Below are positions 19,678-29,451 of a stretch of DNA of 64,000 nt, piece after piece (position 1 is the stretch's first letter; the number at the start of each line of letters is the position of its first letter). Under the pieces are notes generated by a model. The model searched no databases. It was not told the DNA's origin and worked only from the letters and a program-made list of their open reading frames with translations. Source of the stretch: Betaproteobacteria bacterium (GTDB lineage: Bacteria; Pseudomonadota; Gammaproteobacteria; Burkholderiales; Casimicrobiaceae). Where the stretch lies: contig JAPUER010000079.1 of NCBI GenBank assembly GCA_027492485.1, positions 161,844 through 225,843 on the forward strand, written 5' to 3'. The translations under genes were made by a program, and so were the position numbers.

Positions 19678-20494
19678 GGGTCACCAGATCGACATCGATA
19701 CGACGCACGCGCGAGGCTAGCGTGTCGCTGACGAACAGGAAATCGCAGGTGACGGGTTCCGGCCCGTAGCGACGGTCGAACAGGCGAAAAGTCGGTGCGT
19801 GACGTTCGCCCGGATGCACAAGCGTCCACGCATCGAGCAGGCGGCTGGCCCCCGGTTGCGCCGTTTGCAGCAACGCAAATTCGTCGCCGTCGGGCTCAAA
19901 GTTGAAGTCCCCGGTCAGGATGCAATGAGCCGTATGCGGCTTGCTCTGAAACGCCGAACCGGTGTCGTCCAGCAGCGGCGGATGTGCGGCCAGCGCGCAG
20001 GACTGTGCGTGCAGTCGCAGCAGCTCGCGGGTTTGCGCCATGCGCATGGCGGGCGAGTAAAACTCGAGGTGCGTGGTCATGAACCGGACCGGGCCGACCG
20101 GCGTCTGCACTGTGGCTGCGACACAGATGCGCGGCATGCTGCGCACCCCACCGGACGTTGGGTCCGCAGGGTACGGCAGCGTGTAGTAATGCACCTGCGC
20201 GACCGGCAGACGGGTGGCGATCAGGTTGCCGAATCGTTGCCGCGACTTGCCGTCGGGCGCAAGCTCGTCCACCGCCGCGCCGAAGAACACCTCGTAGTCC
20301 GGCAACAGCTTGCGTAGCAACTCCGGTTGATCGTGCGAGGCGTCGCCGTCGAGGCGCGGATAGTTGATCGCCACTTCCTGCAGGCAGAGCACATCGAAGT
20401 CGGCCATTTGCCGCGCATGAGCGACGACGCGCGCAACGTCGACGACGCCGTCGAGACCGCAGAACCACTGCACATTCCAGGTAAGCACTTTCAT
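19634..20494 (-). CDS. Endonuclease/exonuclease/phosphatase family protein
   Basis: LTWNVQ, LCLQEV, TTHL, TGDFN, DFLFVS and ASDHQPV motifs; coupled to the ABC operon. Confidence 0.92.
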   Translation of the reverse strand: MKVLTWNVQWFCGLDGVVDVARVVAHARQMADFDVLCLQEVAINYPRLDGDASHDQPELLRKLLPDYEVFFGAAVDELAPDGKSRQRFGNLIATRLPVAQVHYYTLPYPADPTSGGVRSMPRICVAATVQTPVGPVRFMTTHLEFYSPAMRMAQTRELLRLHAQSCALAAHPPLLDDTGSAFQSKPHTAHCILTGDFNFEPDGDEFALLQTAQPGASRLLDAWTLVHPGERHAPTFRLFDRRYGPEPVTCDFLFVSDTLASRVRRIDVDLVTRASDHQPVLLDLAA

Positions 20495-21327
20495 TTGATG
20501 CCGGCGCGCATGAAGGATTGCACGAATTGTCGCTGGAATAGCAGGAACGCCACCAGCAGCGGTGCCGCAGTCAGCAGCGTGGCAGCAGTGATGATCGACC
20601 AGTCAATGCCTTGATCGGCCGAGGCAAACACCTGCAGTCCCACCGTGAGTGGCCGCGAGTTGACCGAATTGGTGACCACCAGCGGCCACAGAAAATTGTT
20701 CCAGTGGTAGCTCACCGACACCAGTGCGAACGCCACATAGACCGGTTTTGCCAGCGGCACATAGACGCGCCAGAGGATTTGCAGCGTGCCTGCGCCCTCC
20801 ATCGTCGCGGCTTCGACCAGTTCTTTCGGAATGCCCTTGAAGGTTTGCCGCAACAGGAAAATCGCGAATGCCGATGCAAAGTACGGCAGGCCGATGCCGA
20901 ACAAGGTGTCGATCAATCCGAGCTTGCTCATCGTCTTGTAGTTTTCGACGAGCAGGATGTCGGGCATGATCATCAGTTGCACGAGGACCAGCGCAAAGAC
21001 GACGTTCTTGCCACGGAACTCGTAGCGCACGAAGGCGTAGGCTGCCAGCGTACATAGGAACAATTGCGCAGCGAGGATCAGGCCCACCAGCAGCGTGGTG
21101 TTGAGGAAATAGCGGGCGAACGGCGCGGCGTCCCAGGCGCGGGCAAAGTTTTCCAGCGTCAACGGCGCCGTGAGCACAAATCGGGCGGAGTATTCGGCCG
21201 GATGAAACGCGGTCCATACGGCATAGGCAAGCGGCAGGATCCAGAGGATCGCCAACAGCCAGGCCGCGACGGTGTCCAGCCATCGACTGGCGTCATGCGG
21301 CTGCCGGAAAGTCATCGCTTCAGCCAT
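20491..21327 (-). CDS. Carbohydrate ABC transporter permease (UgpE-like)
   Basis: EAATMEGA loop, HWNNFLWPL; start trimmed to MAEAMTF. Confidence 0.92.
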   Translation of the reverse strand: MAEAMTFRQPHDASRWLDTVAAWLLAILWILPLAYAVWTAFHPAEYSARFVLTAPLTLENFARAWDAAPFARYFLNTTLLVGLILAAQLFLCTLAAYAFVRYEFRGKNVVFALVLVQLMIMPDILLVENYKTMSKLGLIDTLFGIGLPYFASAFAIFLLRQTFKGIPKELVEAATMEGAGTLQILWRVYVPLAKPVYVAFALVSVSYHWNNFLWPLVVTNSVNSRPLTVGLQVFASADQGIDWSIITAATLLTAAPLLVAFLLFQRQFVQSFMRAGIK

Positions 21328-21329
21328 GC

Positions 21330-22205
21330 TCAATAGTGCGCCCGACGATCGAGCACGAAGAATTGCAGCAATGCCACCGTAGCCAGCGCCAGCAGCAGCA
21401 CGACGGTGACGGCCGCTGCGTAGCCCTGATCCCAGAACTTGAAACCGACTTCGTAGAGGTGGTAGAGCAGCAGCGTGGTCGCATTGTCCGGGCCGCCGCG
21501 AGTCATGACGATGACGTGATCGACCATCCGGAAGGCATTGATGACGGCGTTGACCAGCACGAAGATAGTGGTTGGCATCAGCAGCGGCCACAGCACGCGG
21601 CGGAAGAAGAACCAGCGGCTTGCCCCCTCGATGGCGGCGGCTTCGCGCAGGCTCGGGTTGATGCCCTGCAACGCGGCGAGGTAGAAGATCATGAAGAAAC
21701 CAGCCTCCTTCCAGATCGCAACGGCGGTAATGCTGGCCAGCGCGGTCGATTTGTCGCCCAGCCAGTTCTGCGACGGCAGACCGAACAAGCTGCCGATCTG
21801 CTCCAGCAAGCCATAACTCGGCGTGTAGAAAAAGAGCCAGATGTTGGCGACGGCAATCATGGGCAGCACGGTGGGCGTGAAGTACGCCATGCGTAGAAAA
21901 CCGCGCCCGGCGATCCGGCCGTTCACCCACAGCGCCATCGCCAGCGCCAGCCCCACCGACAGCGGGATCGTCGCCAGCGCGAACCAGAGATTGTTGCGGA
22001 CGGCCTGCCAGAAGATCGGGTCATCCACCATCGCCGCGTAGTTGTCGAGCCCGACGAAGATGGACGGACGGTTCGGCTTCGGCGTCGACATGAAGCTGTC
22101 GATCAATGTGGCGACGGCGGGATAGTGCGTGAACGTGGCGAGCAGCAGCAGCGCCGGCAGCAGGAGTAGCCAGGCATGCGCCTGCTTTTGCGCGTTCACG
22201 ACCAT
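21330..22205 (-). CDS. Carbohydrate ABC transporter permease (UgpA-like)
   Basis: EAAAIEGAS loop, TRGGPDNAT motif. Confidence 0.92.
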   Translation of the reverse strand: MVVNAQKQAHAWLLLLPALLLLATFTHYPAVATLIDSFMSTPKPNRPSIFVGLDNYAAMVDDPIFWQAVRNNLWFALATIPLSVGLALAMALWVNGRIAGRGFLRMAYFTPTVLPMIAVANIWLFFYTPSYGLLEQIGSLFGLPSQNWLGDKSTALASITAVAIWKEAGFFMIFYLAALQGINPSLREAAAIEGASRWFFFRRVLWPLLMPTTIFVLVNAVINAFRMVDHVIVMTRGGPDNATTLLLYHLYEVGFKFWDQGYAAAVTVVLLLALATVALLQFFVLDRRAHY

Positions 22206-22224
22206 TGACCCGGAGAGTTGCTAC

Positions 22225-23508
22225 TTACTTGTAAGTGCGCAGCAGGCGTTCGGCCTCTTTCTGGGCGTCTTTCATGGCGGCTTCGGCCGTCTTGCTGCCG
22301 GTCAGCACTGCCTGCAGACCATCGTTGAGGGCTTTGGTCACGCGCTGGTTGTCATGCGTCGACAGTTCGGCGACGGCGTACTGCAACTGGTCGCGGGCAA
22401 CGGCGGCGGGCGCGAAATCGGCTGCGTATTTCTTGAGCGCAGGCGTGTCCCAGGCGGCCGGCGAAACGGCGACGTAGCCGGTGTCGATCCCCCACTGCGC
22501 CGCACGCGCCGGTTGCGTCAGCCACTTGGCAAACTTGAACGCCGCCTCCTGCTGGGCCGGCGTGGCCTTCTTGAAGATGAAGAAGTTGCCGCCCCCGGTC
22601 GGAGAGCCGCGCTTCTTGCCGGCTGGCAGCATGGCAACGCCGAAGTCGAACTTGGCATTGTTGCGGATGTTGGTCAGGTTGCCGGTCGTCGTCCAGATCA
22701 TCGCGACTTTCTTCTCCATGAAGTCCTTCGGCGTGGTGCCCCATTCGACGATGCCGGCCGGATGTACGCCGTGCTTCTTCGACAGATCGACCCAGTATTG
22801 CAAGGCTTCGATGACCTTCGGGTCGTCGTACTTTGTCTGCGTTCCGGCTTCGTTGGCAAGGATTACGTCGTTCTGGGTGGTGAGTCCCTGGAACAGCCAG
22901 TACGGGAAGCCGCTGGACGGAATCTGCACACCGTACTGCGTGACCTTGCCGCTGGCGTCCTTTTTAGTGAGTTTCTGCGCCATGCTGGTCATCTCGGCCC
23001 AGGTTTGCGGCGCCTTGTTGGGGTCGAGGCCCGCCTCCTTGAACAACTCCTTGTTCCAGTACAACACCACGGTCGAGCGCTGGAAGGGCACGCCCCAGGT
23101 CTTGCCGCCGATTTGGCCGTTGAGCAGGAAGGCCTTGTAAAAACCGCCCAGCCATGCCTTGTCCTCGGCCGTCTTCACGAAGTTGTCGATCGGTACGATG
23201 GCGTCTTCGTCGATCAGCGTGAAGGTGTCGGTCGACAGCAGCACCGACGCCACCGGCGGCGTACCCGCCTTGTTGGCGGTGAGCGCCTTGACGATGGTGT
23301 CCTGATAGCTGCCGGCGTAGATCGGCGACACCTTGATCGACGGGTTCTCCTTGTTGAAGTCGGTGGCGAACTGGTCGATGATCTTGGTGATCGGCCCGCC
23401 TACCGCGACCGGGAAGTAAAACGGCACTTCGGTCGATTGCGCTTGCGCGAAACCGGTGCCCAGCGCGAGCGCGACGGCCGCAGTGCAGGCGGCGAATGAG
23501 TGTTTCAT
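22225..23508 (-). CDS. ABC substrate-binding protein (UgpB-like)
   Basis: Signal peptide, PFQRST..LYWNK, TTGNL and SPTGGGN motifs. Confidence 0.92.
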   Translation of the reverse strand: MKHSFAACTAAVALALGTGFAQAQSTEVPFYFPVAVGGPITKIIDQFATDFNKENPSIKVSPIYAGSYQDTIVKALTANKAGTPPVASVLLSTDTFTLIDEDAIVPIDNFVKTAEDKAWLGGFYKAFLLNGQIGGKTWGVPFQRSTVVLYWNKELFKEAGLDPNKAPQTWAEMTSMAQKLTKKDASGKVTQYGVQIPSSGFPYWLFQGLTTQNDVILANEAGTQTKYDDPKVIEALQYWVDLSKKHGVHPAGIVEWGTTPKDFMEKKVAMIWTTTGNLTNIRNNAKFDFGVAMLPAGKKRGSPTGGGNFFIFKKATPAQQEAAFKFAKWLTQPARAAQWGIDTGYVAVSPAAWDTPALKKYAADFAPAAVARDQLQYAVAELSTHDNQRVTKALNDGLQAVLTGSKTAEAAMKDAQKEAERLLRTYK

Positions 23509-23582
23509 GCTGTGGTCCTCCGTGTGAAATGGTTCAGCGTCGAGTCGAGCTGAATCCCGATGAGTTGAAACCTGCGGGCAGA

Positions 23583-24635
23583 TCATGGCAAGCGCCGACC
23601 TTGCGCGTCAAATGCGTGCACGGCGGCCGTCGGCCACGTCAGCCGTATTTCCTGTCCCGCCGCATACTGCCCCTGACCCGGCGCGCGGACGGCGATTTCT
23701 TCGCTGCCGATGCGGCAACGCAGCAGCGTGTCGGCGCCCAGATACTCGCTGTCGCGTACCGTGGCGAGTACATCGCCGCCAAGCGCAACGTCTTCGGGGC
23801 GCAGGCCGATGCTGACCGCACCGCGAGGCGCCGCGACGGCTTGCGCCGAGCCGCGAATCGTCTCGCCATCGAGCGCGACGATGCTCATCGGCGGCGTACC
23901 GATGAAGCGTGCCGCGAAGACCGACGCCGGCCTGGCGTAAATTTCGCGCGGCGATCCAGTCTGTTCGATACGGCCGTGATTGAGCAGCACCACCTGATCC
24001 GCCATGCTCATCGCCTCGGTCTGGTCGTGGGTCACGTAGACGACGGTCAGACCGAGCTTTTGCTGTAGCGCCCGTAGCTCCTGGCGCATCTCCTGCCGCA
24101 GTTGCGCGTCGAGGTTGGACAGCGGTTCGTCCATCAGGCAAATGCCGGCGTCGGCGACCAGCGCCCGAGCCAGCGCGACGCGCTGCTGCTGTCCGCCCGA
24201 CAGTTGCGACGGCTTGCGATCGCGCAGCTTTTCGAGACCGAGCAGGGCGAGCACGCGTGCCAGACGATCGGATTGTTCCTGGCGGGAAGCACCACGCACC
24301 TGCAGACCGAACACGATGTTGTCGGCGACGCTCAGGTGCGGGAACAGCGCGTAGTTCTGGAACACCATCGCCACCCCGCGCTTCGACGGCGGCGCGGCGG
24401 TTACATCGCGACCATCGATCAGGATTTGGCCGTGGCTGGCGACGTCAAGCCCCGCGATCAGCCGCAACGTGGTTGTCTTGCCGCAACCGGAAGGGCCGAG
24501 CAGCACGGTGAAGCTCGCTTCCGGGACCGTGACACTCGATGGCTGCAAAGCAACGACATCGCCCCATTGCTTGCCGACCTGGCACAACGCAATCTTTGCA
24601 ACATTGGAGACGGCAGGGCGCTGATCGGTGCTCAC
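23583..24635 (-). CDS. ABC ATP-binding protein (UgpC/MalK-like)
   Basis: GPSGCGKTT, LSGGQQQRVA and DEPLSNLDA motifs; start uncertain. Confidence 0.93.
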   Translation of the reverse strand: MSTDQRPAVSNVAKIALCQVGKQWGDVVALQPSSVTVPEASFTVLLGPSGCGKTTTLRLIAGLDVASHGQILIDGRDVTAAPPSKRGVAMVFQNYALFPHLSVADNIVFGLQVRGASRQEQSDRLARVLALLGLEKLRDRKPSQLSGGQQQRVALARALVADAGICLMDEPLSNLDAQLRQEMRQELRALQQKLGLTVVYVTHDQTEAMSMADQVVLLNHGRIEQTGSPREIYARPASVFAARFIGTPPMSIVALDGETIRGSAQAVAAPRGAVSIGLRPEDVALGGDVLATVRDSEYLGADTLLRCRIGSEEIAVRAPGQGQYAAGQEIRLTWPTAAVHAFDAQGRRLP

Positions 24636-24751
24636 GCAACAAGTGCTCGCGACATTTGGCTGTTTTCGGAAAACCCGCAATTCAAGCGGACAATTATGAC
24701 GGCGCCGCGACAGTCCTCTATCATCCGGCCGAAGTTTTCGAAATCGCGACC

Positions 24752-25126
24752 ATGACCAGGAAGAATACTTACGACTGCGGGCAGTGCCCTGGCTACTGCT
24801 GCAGTTACGACTATATCGAGACCAAGCCGTCGGACGTCAAACGGCTGGCCCGGCACCACGGCGTGGCGGTGGACGAAGCTCGCGAGCGATTCACCAAGGA
24901 AGTCGTGCACGAAGGCGAAACCATCCGTGTGCTGCGGCACCGCAAGGATCACATTTACAAGTCGATGTGCATGTTTTTCGACCAGGACGAACGCCGTTGC
25001 ACCATCTATGAGGGGCGCCCGCAGGTTTGCCGCGACTATCCGAACGGTAGCAGCTGCGGCTATTTCAACTTCATCAAGTTTGAAAGGAAGCACCAAGGTG
25101 ATGACAGTTTCATTCCGTCGGCCTGA
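24752..25126 (+). CDS. YkgJ family cysteine cluster protein
   Basis: CGQCPGYCC ... CMFFD...RCTIYEGRPQVCRDYP. Confidence 0.88.
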   Translation: MTRKNTYDCGQCPGYCCSYDYIETKPSDVKRLARHHGVAVDEARERFTKEVVHEGETIRVLRHRKDHIYKSMCMFFDQDERRCTIYEGRPQVCRDYPNGSSCGYFNFIKFERKHQGDDSFIPSA

Positions 25127-25136
25127 CGTCGCCGCG

Positions 25137-25643
25137 ATGGGGCGCGTGCTGACGGCGGTGGGCGCGGTGGTTGCGTTCGGCTGGCTGGCTGGCTGCGCCG
25201 ACGCGCCAAAAACGACATCCGCGCCGGCGCCGGTGACTGTGGTCCCCGCGGTTGCGCCGCCGGTGTCCGCCCCCGCTGCCATTCCGCCGGCGGATGGGAC
25301 CGCCACCAGCGTCGGCAACGGCACCGGCAGCGTTGCTCCGGCGCGTGCGCAGCCGACTGCGGCGCAAATCGCGACGGCCTCGGCAGTGACGCCTTCCGGC
25401 GCGGCGCGCTATGAGTGTGTCCAAGGGCAAGCCGGTGCCGAGACGCGGCAGATCATTGTGTTCCCGGAAAACTCCGGGCGCGTCTGCGCCCGCTTCCCGG
25501 CCATGGGACCGTGTCAATACGAGCGTGAAGCCTGCCGGGCGAAGGGCGGGCGTGTAATCCGCTTCGACGGCATCGAGATCACAACCGACGTCGAAAAAGA
25601 GTACGACAAGCAGGTTCAGCGTTTTCGCTTGAATGCCGGTTGA
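25137..25643 (+). CDS. Hypothetical lipoprotein
   Basis: Lipobox LAGC, Pro/Ala-rich linker, then a small domain with four Cys. Confidence 0.65.
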   Translation: MGRVLTAVGAVVAFGWLAGCADAPKTTSAPAPVTVVPAVAPPVSAPAAIPPADGTATSVGNGTGSVAPARAQPTAAQIATASAVTPSGAARYECVQGQAGAETRQIIVFPENSGRVCARFPAMGPCQYEREACRAKGGRVIRFDGIEITTDVEKEYDKQVQRFRLNAG

Positions 25644-25694
25644 ACCGCCGCCGCGACGCACGGCGCAACGACTGCGGCGCGGTAAACTGACCGC

Positions 25695-27890
25695 ATGAAT
25701 CGCGTCAGATTTTCCCCCTCCGGCGTGGCGGGCATGGCCCGCCCGCTATCGCGGCACCTGCTTGCGCTATGCATGGCCGCCTGCCTTGCCGCCGTGCTGG
25801 CGGCGCCGGTGCTGCGGGCGCAGACACCGATTACCCTCAATTTTGTCGACGCCGATATCGACGTCGTGGCCAAGGCCGTCGGCGAGCTGACCGGCAAGAC
25901 CTTTGTTCTCGATCCCAAGGTCAAGGGCAAGATCAACATCCAGTCGGCCAGAGGCGTGGCACCGGGGCTTGCCTATCCGACGTTTCTGTCGGCATTGCGG
26001 ATGGCGGGCTTCGCCGCGGTAGAAGGCCCCGGTGGCGTGGTACGTGTGGTGCCGGAAGTGGACGCCAAAGCCTTGCCGACGCCGATAGGCATCGACGCCG
26101 CCAGCGCCGGCGGGGCCATTGCCACCAAAGTGATTCCGCTGGCCCACCAGAGCGCCAGTCAGGTGATCAATGCGTTGCGCCCGCTGGTGGCGGCGGCCAA
26201 TGCGTTGACGGTCTACCCGCCGGGCAACGCCATCATCATCACCGATTATGGCGACAACATCCGCCGGGTCGAGGCGGTCATCGCCCGGCTCGATGTTCCA
26301 AGCGTTGCGGCGCCCGAACTGGTGCCGCTGAATCACGCGCACGCGCTGGACGTTGCTGCCACGCTGACCCGCGCATTTGCCGATGCCAACGGCGCCACCG
26401 AGGCGCGCGACCGCCTGCTGATCACGGCCGATGCCAGAAGCAATGCCATCATCGTGCGCAGCGAGGACGCGGGCCGTCTGGCGCGCGTGAAATCGTTGAT
26501 TCAGGAGCTCGACCGCCCGACTGCGGCACCGGGCAACATCCGCATCGTCTATCTCAAGCATGCCGATGCGGCGCAGGTGGCGGCCACGCTGCGGCGAGTG
26601 CTGGGCGCCGACGGCGGCGGCAACGCCAATAGCTCCGGCAGCGCCACCTCGGGCAATGCCTCCGCGCTGTCGTCGCTGCTGCCGACTACCGGCGCCACCA
26701 CGGGCAGCACGCCGCAGAGCCCGCTGGCGGCGGCAACGGCGGCACTGACCGGCGCCGCGTCGACGCAGGCCAGCGGCACGCTGCCGCAAATGTCGACGAA
26801 TAACAATACGGCGTTCACTGCCGGCGGAGCGACGGTGTATCCCGATACCGCTATCAATGCGCTGGTGATCTCCGCGCCGACGCCGGTCTACAACAACCTG
26901 CGCACGGTCATCGAGCAGCTCGACGTGCGGCGCGCGCAGGTGTTCATCGAGGCGTTGATCGCCGAGGTGCAGGCCGATCGCGCGGCCGAGTTCGGCATCC
27001 AGTGGCAGGCGCTGGACGGCCTCAATCGCAGCGGCACGCAGGGATTCGGCGGCACCAACTTCGGCAGTACCAGCGGCAGCACGACGGCGAACATTCTCGG
27101 CGTCGCGGCCAACGCGGCGGCGGTGGCCCAGGGGCTTAACGTCGGTCTGGTACGCGGTGCGGTGACCATCGGCGGCAAGCAGATACTGAACCTGGGTTTG
27201 CTGGCGCGGGCGCTGCAAAGCGACGTGCAGGCAAACATCCTGTCGATGCCGACTCTGCTGGCGCTCGACAACGAGGAGGCGCGTTTCTCCGGCGGTCAGA
27301 CGGTGCCGGTGCTAACCGGGCAGTATGCGAACTCCACCGGAAGCAACAACTCGGTGACGCCGTTCGCCACCTTCGACCGCAAGGACGTGGGCCTGATTCT
27401 GCGCGTCAAGCCGCTGATCACCGAGGGCGGCGCCATCCGCCTGCAGCTCTACCAGGAGGTGTCCAGCGTGGCGCCGTCGACCGCCACTGCCGTCGATGCA
27501 GCCGGTCTGTCCACTTTCAACAAACGGGTGCTGGAGACCTCGGTGCTCGCCGACGACGGCCAGATCGTGGTGCTTGGCGGGCTGCTGCAGGAGAGCCTGT
27601 CGACCGATCAGGAAAAGGTGCCGGTGCTGGGTGATGCGCCGCTGCTGGGCAACCTGTTCCGCTATGACACGCGCAGTCGCAAGAAGACCAATCTGATGGT
27701 GTTCCTGCGACCGACCGTGCTGCGCAGCGCGGCACAGGCCAACGTGCTGAGCAACGAGCGCTATCGCGTGCTCGGGCTCGATCAACAGGCGGTCACCCCC
27801 GATGCGCGGCCGATGCTGCCGGAGATGAGCAACCCGGTGCTGCCGATGGGGCCGCCGGTGCCTGCCAGCCAGGCACCGCTGCGGCAATGA
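25695..27890 (+). CDS. gspD: Type II secretion secretin
   Basis: LNFVDADI, LDPKVKG, QVFIEALIAEV, RKDVGL.L.VKP, VPVLGD.PLLG.LFR and LMVFLRP motifs. Confidence 0.95.
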   Translation: MNRVRFSPSGVAGMARPLSRHLLALCMAACLAAVLAAPVLRAQTPITLNFVDADIDVVAKAVGELTGKTFVLDPKVKGKINIQSARGVAPGLAYPTFLSALRMAGFAAVEGPGGVVRVVPEVDAKALPTPIGIDAASAGGAIATKVIPLAHQSASQVINALRPLVAAANALTVYPPGNAIIITDYGDNIRRVEAVIARLDVPSVAAPELVPLNHAHALDVAATLTRAFADANGATEARDRLLITADARSNAIIVRSEDAGRLARVKSLIQELDRPTAAPGNIRIVYLKHADAAQVAATLRRVLGADGGGNANSSGSATSGNASALSSLLPTTGATTGSTPQSPLAAATAALTGAASTQASGTLPQMSTNNNTAFTAGGATVYPDTAINALVISAPTPVYNNLRTVIEQLDVRRAQVFIEALIAEVQADRAAEFGIQWQALDGLNRSGTQGFGGTNFGSTSGSTTANILGVAANAAAVAQGLNVGLVRGAVTIGGKQILNLGLLARALQSDVQANILSMPTLLALDNEEARFSGGQTVPVLTGQYANSTGSNNSVTPFATFDRKDVGLILRVKPLITEGGAIRLQLYQEVSSVAPSTATAVDAAGLSTFNKRVLETSVLADDGQIVVLGGLLQESLSTDQEKVPVLGDAPLLGNLFRYDTRSRKKTNLMVFLRPTVLRSAAQANVLSNERYRVLGLDQQAVTPDARPMLPEMSNPVLPMGPPVPASQAPLRQ

Positions 27891-27908
27891 GCGCTCGCGC
27901 CTCCGGCC

Positions 27909-29408
27909 ATGACTGAGACGCCGACGCTGGCTGCCCGGTTGCCCTTCGAACTGGCGCAGGAGTTCGGCGTCGTGCCGGTCGCCGACGAAGGCAGCGCGAT
28001 TGCGGTGGCGACAGCGCCGCACATGTCGGTGGCGTCGCTGGCGGCGGTCAGGCAGCGGCTTGGTCGACCGTTGCGGACACTGGCCGTGGATGCCGCCGAG
28101 TTCCGCTCGCTGCTGGCCGCGGCCTATTCGCGCGCTGCGCGCCCGTCGGCGACGGCGGCGAATCCCGCCGTGCCCCCCGCTGCCAACCAGAGTGGGCCGC
28201 ACCATGACGTCGATTTGCTGGCCAGCGCTCCGGCGGCGGACGACGCGCCGGCGGTTCGCATCGTCAGCGAGCTGTTGCGCGATGCGCTGGCGGCTGCCGC
28301 CTCCGACATTCACATCGATGCCACCGAACGCGGCGGGCGCGTCCGCTTTCGCGTCGACGGCGTGCTTGCCGACGTGCGCGAAACCGATGCGGCGACCCAC
28401 GCCGCGCTGGTCGCGCGTTGCAAGGTGATGGCCACGCTCGACATCGCCGAACGGCGGCTGCCGCAGGACGGCCGTTTGCAGGTCACCATCGCCGGCCATC
28501 GGGTCGACGTGCGGGTCGCGACTTTGCCGACGCAACACGGCGAACGGGTCGTTCTGCGCCTGCTCGACACCAGTGCCGCGCGGCTCGACCTTGCCGCGCT
28601 TGGCATGCAACCGCTGCTGCTGGACGCGCTGCGCAGCGCAGTGCGCGCGCCGCATGGACTGCTGCTGGTGACCGGCCCTACCGGTTCCGGCAAGACCACC
28701 ACGCTATACGCCGCCGTCAGCGAACTCGATCGCGAGCGGCTCAACGTGGTGAGCGTGGAAGACCCGGTCGAATACGCGCTGGACCGGGTGGCACAGACGC
28801 AGGTCAATCCGCGCATCGAGCTCAGTTTCGCGCGGGCACTCCGCTCCATCCTGCGCCACGATCCCGACGTCATCATCGTCGGCGAAATCCGCGACCGCGA
28901 GACGGCCGAAATTGCCATTCAGGCCAGCCTGACCGGCCATCTGGTGCTGGCCTCGCTGCACACCAATACCGCGGGCGCGGCCATTGCCCGCCTGACCGAC
29001 ATGGGGGTCGAGCCCTACCTGATCGCCTCCTCCCTGCGCGGCGTCCTCGCGCAGCGACTGGTGCGCCGACTGTGCACGGCTTGCCGTCGTGCGGCCGCGC
29101 CATCCGCCGACGAGGCGGCGCTGCTGGCGCTGCATGGCATCGGCGGTGCGGCCGGGCTGGCGCAACTATGGACGGCGGATGGATGTACGGCCTGCGGTGG
29201 CGGCGGCTATCGCGGCCGCATGGGGCTCTATCGCTGGCTGCCGGCGACTGGCGCAATTGCACATGCGATCCATGCGCGTGGGACCGATACCGAAATTGAA
29301 GCCCTCGCAGTCGCAGCAGGGTGGCCGACACTGGCTACCAGCGCAGCGCCGGCCCTGGAAAGCGGCAGCACATCGCTCGCCGAGGTGCTGCGGGTGGTGA
29401 CGCTGTGA
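27909..29408 (+). CDS. gspE: Type II secretion ATPase
   Basis: LDIAERRLPQDG, GPTGSGKTTT, VEDPVEY, DPDVIIVGEIRD, His box and CxxC pair. Confidence 0.92.
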   Translation: MTETPTLAARLPFELAQEFGVVPVADEGSAIAVATAPHMSVASLAAVRQRLGRPLRTLAVDAAEFRSLLAAAYSRAARPSATAANPAVPPAANQSGPHHDVDLLASAPAADDAPAVRIVSELLRDALAAAASDIHIDATERGGRVRFRVDGVLADVRETDAATHAALVARCKVMATLDIAERRLPQDGRLQVTIAGHRVDVRVATLPTQHGERVVLRLLDTSAARLDLAALGMQPLLLDALRSAVRAPHGLLLVTGPTGSGKTTTLYAAVSELDRERLNVVSVEDPVEYALDRVAQTQVNPRIELSFARALRSILRHDPDVIIVGEIRDRETAEIAIQASLTGHLVLASLHTNTAGAAIARLTDMGVEPYLIASSLRGVLAQRLVRRLCTACRRAAAPSADEAALLALHGIGGAAGLAQLWTADGCTACGGGGYRGRMGLYRWLPATGAIAHAIHARGTDTEIEALAVAAGWPTLATSAAPALESGSTSLAEVLRVVTL

Positions 29409-29451
29409 GCAGGGTCACGGTGCGCCATCCGGTGCTCCGGCGACGCTAGCC

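Noticed and set aside
24655-24750. Additional dyad-element copies (also 18410-18530)
   Set aside because: Neither the central hexamer nor the arm blocks fit the fixed spacing.
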